A DNA stretch of 64,000 nucleotides from a virus. Lineage: Duplodnaviria > Caudoviricetes. A program made the position numbers and the translations under genes. Under the pieces are notes generated by a model that was given only the letters and a program-made list of their open reading frames with translations, searched no databases and was not told the origin of the DNA. The DNA lies in the IMG/VR virus record IMGVR_UViG_2627853856_000004, positions 37,277 to 101,276 of that record; one strand, 5' to 3'. Below, in pieces: positions 28,063 through 37,206 of this stretch (the first letter of the stretch is position 1; each line of letters starts with the position of its first letter).

Positions 28063-28676
28063 TGGCATTGCAGGTGCATTTCGAAACCTCGGTCGCGGCG
28101 AATGACGATCCGGCGGCGACCGAACTTGGCGAGCTGCTGGGCTTTCATCGGATCGGCGGGGATGCCGCCGTCATGCTGCCCGACGCGGTGACCGCCTGGG
28201 TCCGTGGCGCGGGGAATGGGACGTCGATCGTCTATGCCGTCGGGCATCTGCCGACATGGTCGAAAGGGCCGTCGGCAATGCGCGAGCTGTGCGCGCGCGG
28301 GTTCGTAAACCTGACGTGCAAGCGGGACGTGGCCCCCAAGCAGTATATCGCGCAGCGGACCTCCAAGCCGTGGATCGAGGCGGCGCAGGCTGCGCCCGCC
28401 CGTCGCACGGCGCGCCCGGTCCCCTGCTATGCGGCCCATCTTGCGGAGTTGATGATGCTGATCGCGGAATGGTCGGCGGCGGAAACCCCGATGCCGACCA
28501 ATAGCGAGATTGCGGGGCTCCTCGGCCTCGATCGCGGCGTGCAGGTCGCCTATCTGCTCGGCGTCCTCGACAAGGCTAACCAGATCCGTCGGCGCACGAT
28601 CGACGGCCCGCCGCACCGGATCATCACCGTCGTCAAGACGGGCCTGAGCACCGGCACCTATGGGGGTGTGGCATGA
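28059..28676 (+). CDS. winged-HTH protein
   Basis: MPTNSEIAGLLGL...VAYLL. Confidence 0.6.
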   Translation: MMALQVHFETSVAANDDPAATELGELLGFHRIGGDAAVMLPDAVTAWVRGAGNGTSIVYAVGHLPTWSKGPSAMRELCARGFVNLTCKRDVAPKQYIAQRTSKPWIEAAQAAPARRTARPVPCYAAHLAELMMLIAEWSAAETPMPTNSEIAGLLGLDRGVQVAYLLGVLDKANQIRRRTIDGPPHRIITVVKTGLSTGTYGGVA

Positions 28677-28924
28677 AGGTCGCGGCGATCGACGGGTTTA
28701 CGCGCGTCCTGGGCGCGCCGCGCGGCTGGACCCCGGAAACGAGCGGCGAGTGCGGGGCTCTGCCGATCCGCGACGGCCTTAACGGCGACGTCTACTGCAT
28801 GACTTCGGCCTGGGAGCCGACGCCCGAAGATATCGCGGCGATCGTGGGCGGCGCGAAGATCTATCTGCGCGTGCTGGGCACCGTGCATCCGCCGGTGTCG
28901 GTGTTCGTGGAGGGGCTCGATTGA
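28673..28924 (+). CDS. phage hypothetical protein
   Basis: LGAPRGW...CGALP...SAWEPTPE...HPPV. Confidence 0.7.
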   Translation: MKVAAIDGFTRVLGAPRGWTPETSGECGALPIRDGLNGDVYCMTSAWEPTPEDIAAIVGGAKIYLRVLGTVHPPVSVFVEGLD

Positions 28925-28926
28925 TG

Positions 28927-29106
28927 TCAGCCCGTCGGATCCAGATCCGCCGCAGTGATCGTCAGGCGTCCGCCTTCGGGCACCTGCCCGCGATTGAAGC
29001 GGCGCCGCACGGCGTGCTCGATTGCGTAGCGCGGAGCTTTGCGCGCGTCGGCGGCGACTGTCACGTCAACGTTCACCAGCACCTTGATCGTCGGATCTTT
29101 CGCCAT
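28927..29106 (-). CDS. small counter-oriented hypothetical protein
   Basis: MAKDPTIKVLVNV..., 59 aa, fills the gap between plus-strand genes. Confidence 0.4.
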   Translation of the reverse strand: MAKDPTIKVLVNVDVTVAADARKAPRYAIEHAVRRRFNRGQVPEGGRLTITAADLDPTG

Positions 29107-29153
29107 CGCGCCGATCTGCCGCGCCGGGCGCATGCTTGCAAGGGCTCGCTGGC

Positions 29154-29510
29154 ATGATGCTGCCTCGCGCCTTCCTCTCGACAGCCGTTTTGCTCCGGAT
29201 TCCGAACTACAGCTGCTCGCTGCCGACCGGCACGACACCGGGAAAATATTGGCGGCGCGCTGCGGCTTACCGGTTTCAGGAGCCCAGCGACCAGTGGTTG
29301 ATCGGCCAGTATGGCGAGCCGTTTCCCGAGGGGCATGAACTCCAAGGCCGGTCGCCGATCAGGTGGTGGCAGGTGGTCGTGACGGACGCGCCCCGCTTCT
29401 GGCCGCGCGACGTGGTCGTGGCGCGAGATCAGCGCCCCGAGTGGCGCCGCAATTGGGCAAGTGGCGGGGTTTTGCCGAGCCGCTTCTATATCGTGGGAGA
29501 GCAAGCGTGA
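29154..29510 (+). CDS. hypothetical protein
   Basis: YSCSLPTGTTPGKYWRR; GTGA overlap with dnaN. Confidence 0.55.
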   Translation: MMLPRAFLSTAVLLRIPNYSCSLPTGTTPGKYWRRAAAYRFQEPSDQWLIGQYGEPFPEGHELQGRSPIRWWQVVVTDAPRFWPRDVVVARDQRPEWRRNWASGGVLPSRFYIVGEQA

Positions 29511-30625
29511 AACTGACAATCGAACGCGCCGGGCTGCTGGCGGTGCTGGGGCAGGCCAAGGCGGTGGTGGAGCGGCGGAACACGACGCCGATCCTCGCCA
29601 ACGTGCTGCTCGATGCGGGCAACGGCTTCCTCAGAGTGACAGCAAGTGATCTCGATATCGAGATCGTGCTCGTCGTCGAGGCCGCGGCGATCGATATGCC
29701 GGGGCGGATCACGGCCGATGCGAACATGCTGTTCGATATCGCCCGCAAGCTGCCCGAGGGGTGCCAGATCGCGCTAACTGCGGCCGACGGCAAGCTGGCC
29801 GTCACCGGTGGGCGGGCGCGGTTCAGCCTGCAGACCTTGCCGGCCGAAGATTTCCCGACGCTGATCAGCGGCGACATGCCGACGGTGTTCAGCCTGTCGC
29901 CGGATGTCCTCAAAGGCCTGATCGACAAGACGCGCTTTGCGATTTCGACCGAGGAGACCCGCTATTATCTCAACGGGATCTACTTCCATCTTGGCGATGG
30001 CGGCGCGTTGACCGCCGCCGCGACCGATGGTCACCGGCTGGCGGTGGTCACGCTGCCCGAAGACGCTGATCTCGACGGCGAGGCGATGCCCGACATCATC
30101 ATCCCGCGCAAAGCGGTGGGCACGGTGCGCAAGATGCTCGACGGGCTGGACAAGGAAAGCCTTGTCGAGATCGGCGTGTCGTCGACCAAGATCCGTTTCC
30201 ACCTGGGCGATGCCGTGCTGACCGCCAAGCTGATCGACGGCCAGTTCCCCGATTATACGCGGGTGATCCCGCGCGATAACGAGAAGTTGCTGCGCGTCGA
30301 TCCGGCCGCGCTGGCGCTCGCGGTCGACCGGGTGGCGACGATCGCGACGGAGAAGACCCGGTCGGTGAAGTTCACCGTCTCCAAGGATCTGGTGACGCTG
30401 TCGGTAACGAGCCCCGAATTCGGCGTCGCGGTCGAGGAGGTCGTCGCCGACTATGGCGACGCGGCGATCGAGATGGGGTTCAACGCCCGCTATCTGCTCG
30501 ACGTGCTCGCCCAGGTCGGGGGCGATAGCGCGGAGATGCTGTTGAGCGTGCCCGCGGTAGCGGCGCTGATCCGCCAGCATGAAGGCGCGGCGGCGACCTT
30601 CGTCATCATGCCGATGCGGGTCTGA
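29507..30625 (+). CDS. dnaN: DNA polymerase III beta clamp (phage-borne)
   Basis: VERRNTTPILANV...FAISTEETRYYLNG...ATDGHRL...LIDGQFPDY...VIMPMRV. Confidence 0.95.
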   Translation: MKLTIERAGLLAVLGQAKAVVERRNTTPILANVLLDAGNGFLRVTASDLDIEIVLVVEAAAIDMPGRITADANMLFDIARKLPEGCQIALTAADGKLAVTGGRARFSLQTLPAEDFPTLISGDMPTVFSLSPDVLKGLIDKTRFAISTEETRYYLNGIYFHLGDGGALTAAATDGHRLAVVTLPEDADLDGEAMPDIIIPRKAVGTVRKMLDGLDKESLVEIGVSSTKIRFHLGDAVLTAKLIDGQFPDYTRVIPRDNEKLLRVDPAALALAVDRVATIATEKTRSVKFTVSKDLVTLSVTSPEFGVAVEEVVADYGDAAIEMGFNARYLLDVLAQVGGDSAEMLLSVPAVAALIRQHEGAAATFVIMPMRV

Positions 30626-30627
30626 CC

Positions 30628-31719
30628 ATGGCGGACGGCACCAAAATCGAATGGACCGACGCGACGTGGAATCCAATCACGGGTTGCTCGGTCCACAGCG
30701 CGGGCTGCACCAACTGCTATGCGATGCGGCTGGCGGGCACGCGCCTGCAGCATCACCGGTCGCGCGCCGGGCTGACGATCGACACGAAGGCGGGGCCGGT
30801 CTGGAATGGCGAGGTCCGCTTTAGCGAGCAGTGGCTCGGCGATCCGTTGCGCTGGTCGAAGCCTCGCCGGATCTTCGTCGTCGCGCATGGCGATCTGTTT
30901 CACGAAGCGGTGCCCGACGCTTGGATCGACCGCGTCTTTGCGGTGATGGCGCTCTGTCCGCAGCATCAATTTCAAGTGCTGACGAAGCGCGCCGATCGCA
31001 TGCGTGCGTATTTCGCCGAGCGACAGACGGCACATCATGTCTGGCGCGCGTTGGATGGGCTTCCTCTGAACCTCGGCCAAGCTCTCATCCGCGATAGCTG
31101 GTATGGTGGCCCGGCCGGTAAATGGCCGCTGCCGAACGTGTGGCTTGGCGTATCGGTCGAGGATCAGCGCGCGGCCGATGAACGGATCCCGCACCTTCTC
31201 CAGACGCCCGCAGCGAAGCGTTGGATATCGGCAGAGCCCCTACTTGGGCCGCTGGACCTGAGCCGCATCTGCATTGGCGAGGGTGACAATGATCCAGCTT
31301 TGGCGGCGGAAAACGGCATCAAGCATATCCGCTTCACCATCAACTCCCTTGCGGGCGTCGAGTCCTTCGGATGGCCCGGCGTCGATTGGGTGGTGGCCGG
31401 CGGCGAAAGCGGGAATGGCGCGCGGCCGATGCATCCCGACTGGGTGCGCGGCGTGCGCGATCAGTGCGCGGCGGCCGGAGTGGCGTTCCTGTTCAAGCAA
31501 TGGGGATCATGGCGCGAGGCGCAGCCGGACGACGTGTTCGATACTGCCAAGGGGCGAGCCAACAAGCCGCCGGCATTCATCGTCAAGCCCGATGATGGAA
31601 CCGTTCATTGCTTCCTGCCGGAGGATGCCGATCCGCGTTGTCGGGTAATGCTCGAAGTCGGTAAGGGCAAGGCTGGGCGTCTGCTCGATGGTGTCGAGCA
31701 TAACGGGTTTCCGTCATGA
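30628..31719 (+). CDS. phage Gp37/Gp68 (DUF5131) protein
   Basis: Same motifs as 12130-13221. Confidence 0.92.
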   Translation: MADGTKIEWTDATWNPITGCSVHSAGCTNCYAMRLAGTRLQHHRSRAGLTIDTKAGPVWNGEVRFSEQWLGDPLRWSKPRRIFVVAHGDLFHEAVPDAWIDRVFAVMALCPQHQFQVLTKRADRMRAYFAERQTAHHVWRALDGLPLNLGQALIRDSWYGGPAGKWPLPNVWLGVSVEDQRAADERIPHLLQTPAAKRWISAEPLLGPLDLSRICIGEGDNDPALAAENGIKHIRFTINSLAGVESFGWPGVDWVVAGGESGNGARPMHPDWVRGVRDQCAAAGVAFLFKQWGSWREAQPDDVFDTAKGRANKPPAFIVKPDDGTVHCFLPEDADPRCRVMLEVGKGKAGRLLDGVEHNGFPS

Positions 31720-32438
31720 CGGACCACGGCATCATCTTCTCGGCGCCAATGATCCGAGCGAAGCGCGCGGGGCGCAAGACGCAGACGCGGCGACTTGCCA
31801 GTTTGCCGCTGGGGCGCGTCGCGGTCGGCGATCGCCTGTGGGTTCGCGAGGCGTGGCGGGTGGCCGCTTGGCGCGACCGTGGGCAGCAAGGTACCGCACA
31901 CGGCAGGATCGCCGCCGATTATCTGGCGACGCCGGAGATCAACCGCACACCCTGGGCGGTGCCCGGCCCCGAGATTTTCGACCGGTTGCGCCGCCAGTCG
32001 ATCGAGGATGCCGAAAAGGCGATCGCTGCCGGGCGAGGCTCGGCGAGGCGCGACGGCGATCAGTTCGCCTGGAATCGCGGCGACAGCCCGTGCCGTGGCC
32101 GTCCGTCCATCCATATGCCGCGTTGCGTGTCGCGCCTGACGCTGATCGTCGAGGAGGTGCGGCATCAGCAGCTCCACGACATCGACGAGGCCGACGGCTG
32201 GGCGGAGGGCGTTTGTCATGCGATCGAAGATGGTCGGCCCGGCCTCGACATGGGCGATGTCGACGAGTCGATGCGGCGTGCGATCGTCACGGGCTATATC
32301 GGCGGCGGGCGGCGAGCCTTTCATTGGCTTTGGGATCAACTCCACGACAAGCCGGGCGAGCGCTGGGACGACAATCCAGCGATCGTCGCGCTGACGTTTC
32401 GCGTTATCGAGCAGAATATCGACGAGGTCGCGCGATGA
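31716..32438 (+). CDS. ASCH/PUA-like phage protein
   Basis: FSAPMIRA...GRKTQTRR...GDRLWVRE...PSIHMPR..SRLTL. Confidence 0.8.
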   Translation: MTDHGIIFSAPMIRAKRAGRKTQTRRLASLPLGRVAVGDRLWVREAWRVAAWRDRGQQGTAHGRIAADYLATPEINRTPWAVPGPEIFDRLRRQSIEDAEKAIAAGRGSARRDGDQFAWNRGDSPCRGRPSIHMPRCVSRLTLIVEEVRHQQLHDIDEADGWAEGVCHAIEDGRPGLDMGDVDESMRRAIVTGYIGGGRRAFHWLWDQLHDKPGERWDDNPAIVALTFRVIEQNIDEVAR

Positions 32439-33025
32439 CGTGGCCGTTCGGCGCCCTTCTGCCCCTGTCCTATGACGTGATCCTCGCGGATCCGGCGACG
32501 CGGTTCGAGACCTTCTCCACGAAGGGCGAGGGCAAGAGCCCGCAGGCGCAATATCCGACGATGTCCTGGGAGGAACTCGCGGCGTTGTCCGTCGGCGAGT
32601 TGGGGCGCGGTGACTGTCTGCTGATGATGTGGGCGTGCTGGCCGACCCTGCGCGAGTCGCTCGCCCTTATGGATGCGTGGGGGTTCCGCTATGTCACCGG
32701 CGGCGCGTGGCATAAGCGGACGCGGCACGGCAAGACGGCGTTCGGCACCGGCTATGTGCTGCGCAGCGCCTGCGAACCCTATCTGATCGGCACGCTCGGT
32801 AGCCCCGCCACCGCGAACAATGTACGCAACATCATCGAAACCGAGGCGCTGTCTGTCCTCGATGCCGAACGGCGCGAGCATAGCCGCAAGCCCGACGAGC
32901 AATATGGCTATTGCGAGCGCCTGGCGCCGCGCGCGCTCCGCTTCGTCGAGCTGTTCGCCCGCCAGCGCCATCCCGGCTGGGATTGCTGGGGCAATGAGGC
33001 CGACAAGTTCGAGGTGGCAGCATGA
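32435..33025 (+). CDS. MT-A70 family methyltransferase
   Basis: ADPATRF (variant of DPPW), AWGFRY, GTGYVLRS..E, REHSRKP, ELFAR...WGNE. Confidence 0.88.
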   Translation: MTWPFGALLPLSYDVILADPATRFETFSTKGEGKSPQAQYPTMSWEELAALSVGELGRGDCLLMMWACWPTLRESLALMDAWGFRYVTGGAWHKRTRHGKTAFGTGYVLRSACEPYLIGTLGSPATANNVRNIIETEALSVLDAERREHSRKPDEQYGYCERLAPRALRFVELFARQRHPGWDCWGNEADKFEVAA

Positions 33026-33888
33026 ACGCGCCTGCAGCCTTCCCGCCGGCCGTGACGCGTCCGCCGTTGCGGTGGCTCGGCGGCAAGTTCCGCGATGCGC
33101 CGAAGATCATCGAGCAGTTCCCGCCGCATGATCAGTATGTCGAGCCCTATGGCGGCGGCGGGAGCGTGCTGCTGCGCAAATCTCGGGTGGATAACGAGAC
33201 CTATAATGATCTCGATGGCGAACTGGTGAACCTGTTCCAGGTGCTGAGATCGTCTTCGGCCGACCAGCTGCTCCGCGCGATCGAACTGACACCCTATGCA
33301 CGACTCGAATATGAGGCGGCTTTCGAACCGATCGAGGATCCGGTCGAGCGCGCACGGCGGGCGCTTGTCCGGTCGCACATGGCGCACGGCACTGGCGGCG
33401 CGCGCATGGATCGACCGACCGGGTTTCGCACTGACGGGACCAGCGGCACGACCAACGTCGCGGGCGAATGGGCAAGCTTCCCGATCGCGCTCGCCGCCGT
33501 CCGTGAGCGCATGCGTGGGGTGACGATCGAAAGCCGTCCGGCAATCGAACTGATCCGCCGGTTCGACGATCCTAAGGTCATGATCTACCTCGATCCGCCC
33601 TACCCGCCAGAGACTCGCAGCACGAAGTCGCGCAAGCCCGGCGAACGCTATCATACCTATGTCTATGAGATGACGGTCGACGATCATGTCGAGCTGCTGG
33701 ACCTGATCCGCACGTCCCGCGCGATGATCGCGCTCAGCAGCTATCCGAACGCGCTTTACGACGAGCAGCTCTCCGGGTGGCAGCGTCTCGAGTGGGGCGC
33801 TCGTGCGCACCGCAATTCACCGCGCACGGAAGTGCTGCACCTCAATCCTGTCGCGGTCGAGCGGCTCGGGCTGGGGCGTTTGCTATGA
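33022..33888 (+). CDS. Dam/D12-class DNA adenine methyltransferase
   Basis: WLGGK, YVEPYGGGGSV, YNDLD, YLDPPY. Confidence 0.92.
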   Translation: MNAPAAFPPAVTRPPLRWLGGKFRDAPKIIEQFPPHDQYVEPYGGGGSVLLRKSRVDNETYNDLDGELVNLFQVLRSSSADQLLRAIELTPYARLEYEAAFEPIEDPVERARRALVRSHMAHGTGGARMDRPTGFRTDGTSGTTNVAGEWASFPIALAAVRERMRGVTIESRPAIELIRRFDDPKVMIYLDPPYPPETRSTKSRKPGERYHTYVYEMTVDDHVELLDLIRTSRAMIALSSYPNALYDEQLSGWQRLEWGARAHRNSPRTEVLHLNPVAVERLGLGRLL

Positions 33889-34307
33889 CGCTGATCCGCG
33901 AGATCCTCGACTATTGCGAGCGCACAGGCGCGAGCGAGACGCGGTTCGGGCGGATCGCGGTGAACGACCCGCATCTCGTCCGCGATCTGCGCAAGGGTCG
34001 ATCGTGCGGGCCTGCGCGCGAGGCGACGGTGCGACGCGTCATGGCGGCGCATCCGCATGGCCTGCCCGGTGCGAGACCTCGCCCCGAGCGCGCGGGTGCG
34101 TTCGGACGACCCGACGCCGACGACCCCGGCATCGTCGACACGAGGCGCAGCGTCGAGGCTATGGCGGCGCGGACGGGAAGTCATGCGCTGCTGGCCGCGC
34201 TGTGCCGCCTCGGCTTGCGGATGGGCGGCTTGCCCGGCCTCGACGAGGCGACGTTCCGGGCGCGCTGCATCGAGGTCGGGCTGCTCAATCCACGGAGGCG
34301 CGCATGA
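33885..34307 (+). CDS. HTH-like protein
   Basis: TRFGRIAVNDPHLVRDLRKGRS. Confidence 0.65.
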   Translation: MTLIREILDYCERTGASETRFGRIAVNDPHLVRDLRKGRSCGPAREATVRRVMAAHPHGLPGARPRPERAGAFGRPDADDPGIVDTRRSVEAMAARTGSHALLAALCRLGLRMGGLPGLDEATFRARCIEVGLLNPRRRA

Positions 34308-34498
34308 GCATTATCCCTGATCGTTGCCGCTGCGGGCGCATGCCGTCGGTGCGGGCGCTGCGCGTCGCCGAGGATGCCGTCGAGACGCGGGTGCAGTGTC
34401 CCGGTTGCGGCGCGGTCGGCGAGGAGGTGGAGGACGCCTATCGCGACGATGCGACGGCGATCGACCTGTGGAACATTCATGGAGGGCGGAAGCTATGA
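34304..34498 (+). CDS. Lar-like Zn-ribbon protein
   Basis: CRCG...VQCPGCG...AIDLWN. Confidence 0.55.
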   Translation: MSIIPDRCRCGRMPSVRALRVAEDAVETRVQCPGCGAVGEEVEDAYRDDATAIDLWNIHGGRKL

Positions 34499-34965
34499 GC
34501 GCGTTGCGGAATCATGTGCGGCTGTGCGGGTCTCTCGGCCAGGATGCGGTGAAGCGCGACTTTGCCGCCGGCGGATCGGTCGTCAATCTGCGGGTCGCAA
34601 CGACCGAGCGGTGGACCGATCGCGCGACCGGCGAGGCCAAGGAGTCGACCGACTGGCATAATGTGGCGGTGTTCACCGACCGCGACGTCGAGCGGGCACG
34701 CGACCTGCGCAAGGGCGACTGGATCGAGGTCGACGGCAAGCTGCAGAGCCGGAAATATCAGAAATCGGGCGTCGATCATTGGGTGACCGAGGTGGTCGTG
34801 CGCGGCCCCGATCACCGTTTGCTGGTGCTGCCGAAGCGCCAGCCCGGTCGGCATGACGCGCCGCCGGCGGAGACGCCGGCCGCGCCGGCAACCTCCGAGG
34901 GCTCCGGTCAGGAAGGCACGGCGGCGCAGCCGCCTGGGGCTGTCGACGATTACGTGCCCTTCTAG
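34495..34965 (+). CDS. ssb: single-stranded DNA-binding protein
   Basis: NHVRLCGSLGQD...DWHNV...DDYVPF. Confidence 0.88.
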   Translation: MSALRNHVRLCGSLGQDAVKRDFAAGGSVVNLRVATTERWTDRATGEAKESTDWHNVAVFTDRDVERARDLRKGDWIEVDGKLQSRKYQKSGVDHWVTEVVVRGPDHRLLVLPKRQPGRHDAPPAETPAAPATSEGSGQEGTAAQPPGAVDDYVPF

Positions 34966-35008
34966 GGGCGGTGGTCGGGATTCGCGGTTCGGTTTTCGGG
35001 GGTAGCAG

Positions 35009-36235
35009 GTGACACAGGAGCATGATGACGCATTCCGCGACCGCATCGAGCGGCTTCGCGATCGCGTCGACATTGCCGGCGTCATCAGCAAGGTGGTGAC
35101 CCTCGGCCGGGGCGAGAAGCCGCGCGGGAAATGCCCGTTCCACGGCTCCAAGTCGGACAGCTTCGCGGTCGACAAGAAGAAGGGCCGGGCGATCTGCTGG
35201 GGCTGCAACTGGACCGGCGATGCCATCAAGTTCGTTATGGATTATTACGGCCGGGCCTTCATGGACGCGGTCGAGCTGCTCGAAAGCGATCACGGACTGG
35301 ACGGGCAGACCGCTGCACCCGTCCATCGGGAAAAGCAGGCGGCCCCGCGGCGCGAGCGCGAAGCGGTCGACTCGCTGACAATGGGCCGCTGGATCTGGAA
35401 GCATGTGGCGATCGTCGATCCGGCCAAGGTGCGGATCTATTTCATCGGGCGCGGGGTGCCGGCCGAGCTGCTGAGCGACGACCGGCTTGCCAATATCCGT
35501 TTCGCGAAGGCCGCGCCGATCGTGGCGTGGGAGGAGGGCCGCAGCCCCCGCAAGGTGCCGCAGGCCCCGGCGATCGTCGCCCTGGTGCGCCGCCCGCCCG
35601 ACTGGACGCCGTGCGGGGTGCATGTGACCTATCTCGAAGCGTCGCTCGCGGCGAAGATGGACCGGGCGCGGCAGGACGGCTCGAAATATCCGGCGCGCAA
35701 GATGCTGGGGCCGGTGGGTGGTGGGGCGGTGCTGTATCCCGGCGCCGGATCCTCGGCCGACGCGATCGCCTTCGACGCGCCGCTGTTCGTCGGCGAAGGC
35801 AATGAGACAGTGCTGTCGGGCATGGCGATCGCCGGCGCCGACGCCACGGCATGCGGCGTCGCGACGTTGAGCCTCGACAATCTGCAGGGCCGTCCGTTGA
35901 TGAGGCGTCAGGCGTTGCCGCTCTACGATCCGCAGCCGGATCCCGACGGACGGCCGCTGGCGTTCCGGCATGGCGGGGCGGTGGTCGGGCTGATCGATGC
36001 GGACATGAAGCCGCTGCGTGGTCCGCTGGATCCGCTGAGCGGCTTTCACCGCGGTATGCCGGTGATCGAGCGCAAGGGTGGGCCGGTGGTGCATCGCACG
36101 ATCAGTTCGGCGGAGCGGACGGCGGTCTGTGGCGCGCTGTTCACGCAAGCATGGCGCGCGGCCGGAAGCCGGGCGCGGTCGGTGCGGCCCCGCATGGGGC
36201 AGGATTTCAACGATGCTGTGAGGGGTAGGACATGA
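35009..36235 (+). CDS. CHC2 zinc-finger/Toprim primase-like protein
   Basis: CPFH...CWGC..TGDAI; VGEGNET; GQDFND. Confidence 0.82.
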   Translation: MTQEHDDAFRDRIERLRDRVDIAGVISKVVTLGRGEKPRGKCPFHGSKSDSFAVDKKKGRAICWGCNWTGDAIKFVMDYYGRAFMDAVELLESDHGLDGQTAAPVHREKQAAPRREREAVDSLTMGRWIWKHVAIVDPAKVRIYFIGRGVPAELLSDDRLANIRFAKAAPIVAWEEGRSPRKVPQAPAIVALVRRPPDWTPCGVHVTYLEASLAAKMDRARQDGSKYPARKMLGPVGGGAVLYPGAGSSADAIAFDAPLFVGEGNETVLSGMAIAGADATACGVATLSLDNLQGRPLMRRQALPLYDPQPDPDGRPLAFRHGGAVVGLIDADMKPLRGPLDPLSGFHRGMPVIERKGGPVVHRTISSAERTAVCGALFTQAWRAAGSRARSVRPRMGQDFNDAVRGRT

Positions 36236-36377
36236 GCGATCTCTTGTTGCTAGGCGGCGGCTTCTATTGTGGCGTGGGGACCGCTGTTGCCTTTATTGTC
36301 GAAGGCGGGGCGTTCAATCGCGTCGTCTCGGCGATCTTGTGGCCGACATTCCCGCTTTGGCCGTGGTGGAGGCACTG

Positions 36378-36653
36378 ATGCCAAGACTCACAGCTTGGCG
36401 GTGGTGGGCGGGGAACGCCAACAGCGTCGACGAAGACGGCGTCTTCGATCTTGCCCAGGAAGGGACGCGCGAGGCGGTGATCCGGTCTGCGGCGCTGTCG
36501 CTGCGCGTGGGCGAGGTGTTCTACATCATCGAGGCGCGCCATTGGGAGCGCGCGCGCGAACCGGTGGACGGCGTCGATCGCTTTGCGCGTTTCAAGAACA
36601 GGGAGCGGCTTGTCATGGGCGATGCTGCCTGCGTCGCGGCGGGTGCGCGATGA
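36378..36653 (+). CDS. hypothetical protein
   Basis: GGAGG RBS; FYIIEAR. Confidence 0.5.
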   Translation: MPRLTAWRWWAGNANSVDEDGVFDLAQEGTREAVIRSAALSLRVGEVFYIIEARHWERAREPVDGVDRFARFKNRERLVMGDAACVAAGAR

Positions 36654-36764
36654 TCAGCGCCGACCACAGCGTGCGGGAGCGCGAGCGACTCCACTTCAAA
36701 CGTCAGATCGCCACGGCATGCGAAAAGCTGCGTGCGGCCGGTCGCCAGCCATGGGAGTTCGGCC

Positions 36765-37172
36765 TTGAGTGACGATCCGAAGCTCGCCGCCGAACGGCTG
36801 CGCGCGTTCATCGACAGCATCCGCGCGAATCGCGCCGATATCCGCCAGATCGGCGCGGAAAATCGCGAGCTGTTCAAGGAAGCCGAGAAATCGGGCTTCT
36901 CGCCGAAGGCGATGCGCGAGGTGATTGCGCGCATGGAGCTGTCGCCCGAAGTGGTGATGGCGAACGATGCCCTGATCGAGAATTACGAGGCGCTGCTTGG
37001 TACCGGCGCCGGGGCGGTCGGCCAGCTCAAGATGGAGCGGGACGCCGCCGGCGTGTTCGTCGCCGCGATGGTGCAGGACGACCCGCCCGAGGTGAAACCC
37101 AACAAGACGGTGCTGGCGCGGCGGAGCAGCGTCGCCCTGGCCGAAGCCGCGCGCCGCGCACGGGAGCAATGA
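36765..37172 (+). CDS. GapR/DUF2312-like protein
   Basis: AAERLRAFID...ELFKEA...GFSPKAMREVI...YEALLG. Confidence 0.7.
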   Translation: MSDDPKLAAERLRAFIDSIRANRADIRQIGAENRELFKEAEKSGFSPKAMREVIARMELSPEVVMANDALIENYEALLGTGAGAVGQLKMERDAAGVFVAAMVQDDPPEVKPNKTVLARRSSVALAEAARRAREQ

Positions 37173-37206
37173 GGATGAAACGCAACCTCAAACATGAGGC
37201 GCTGGG

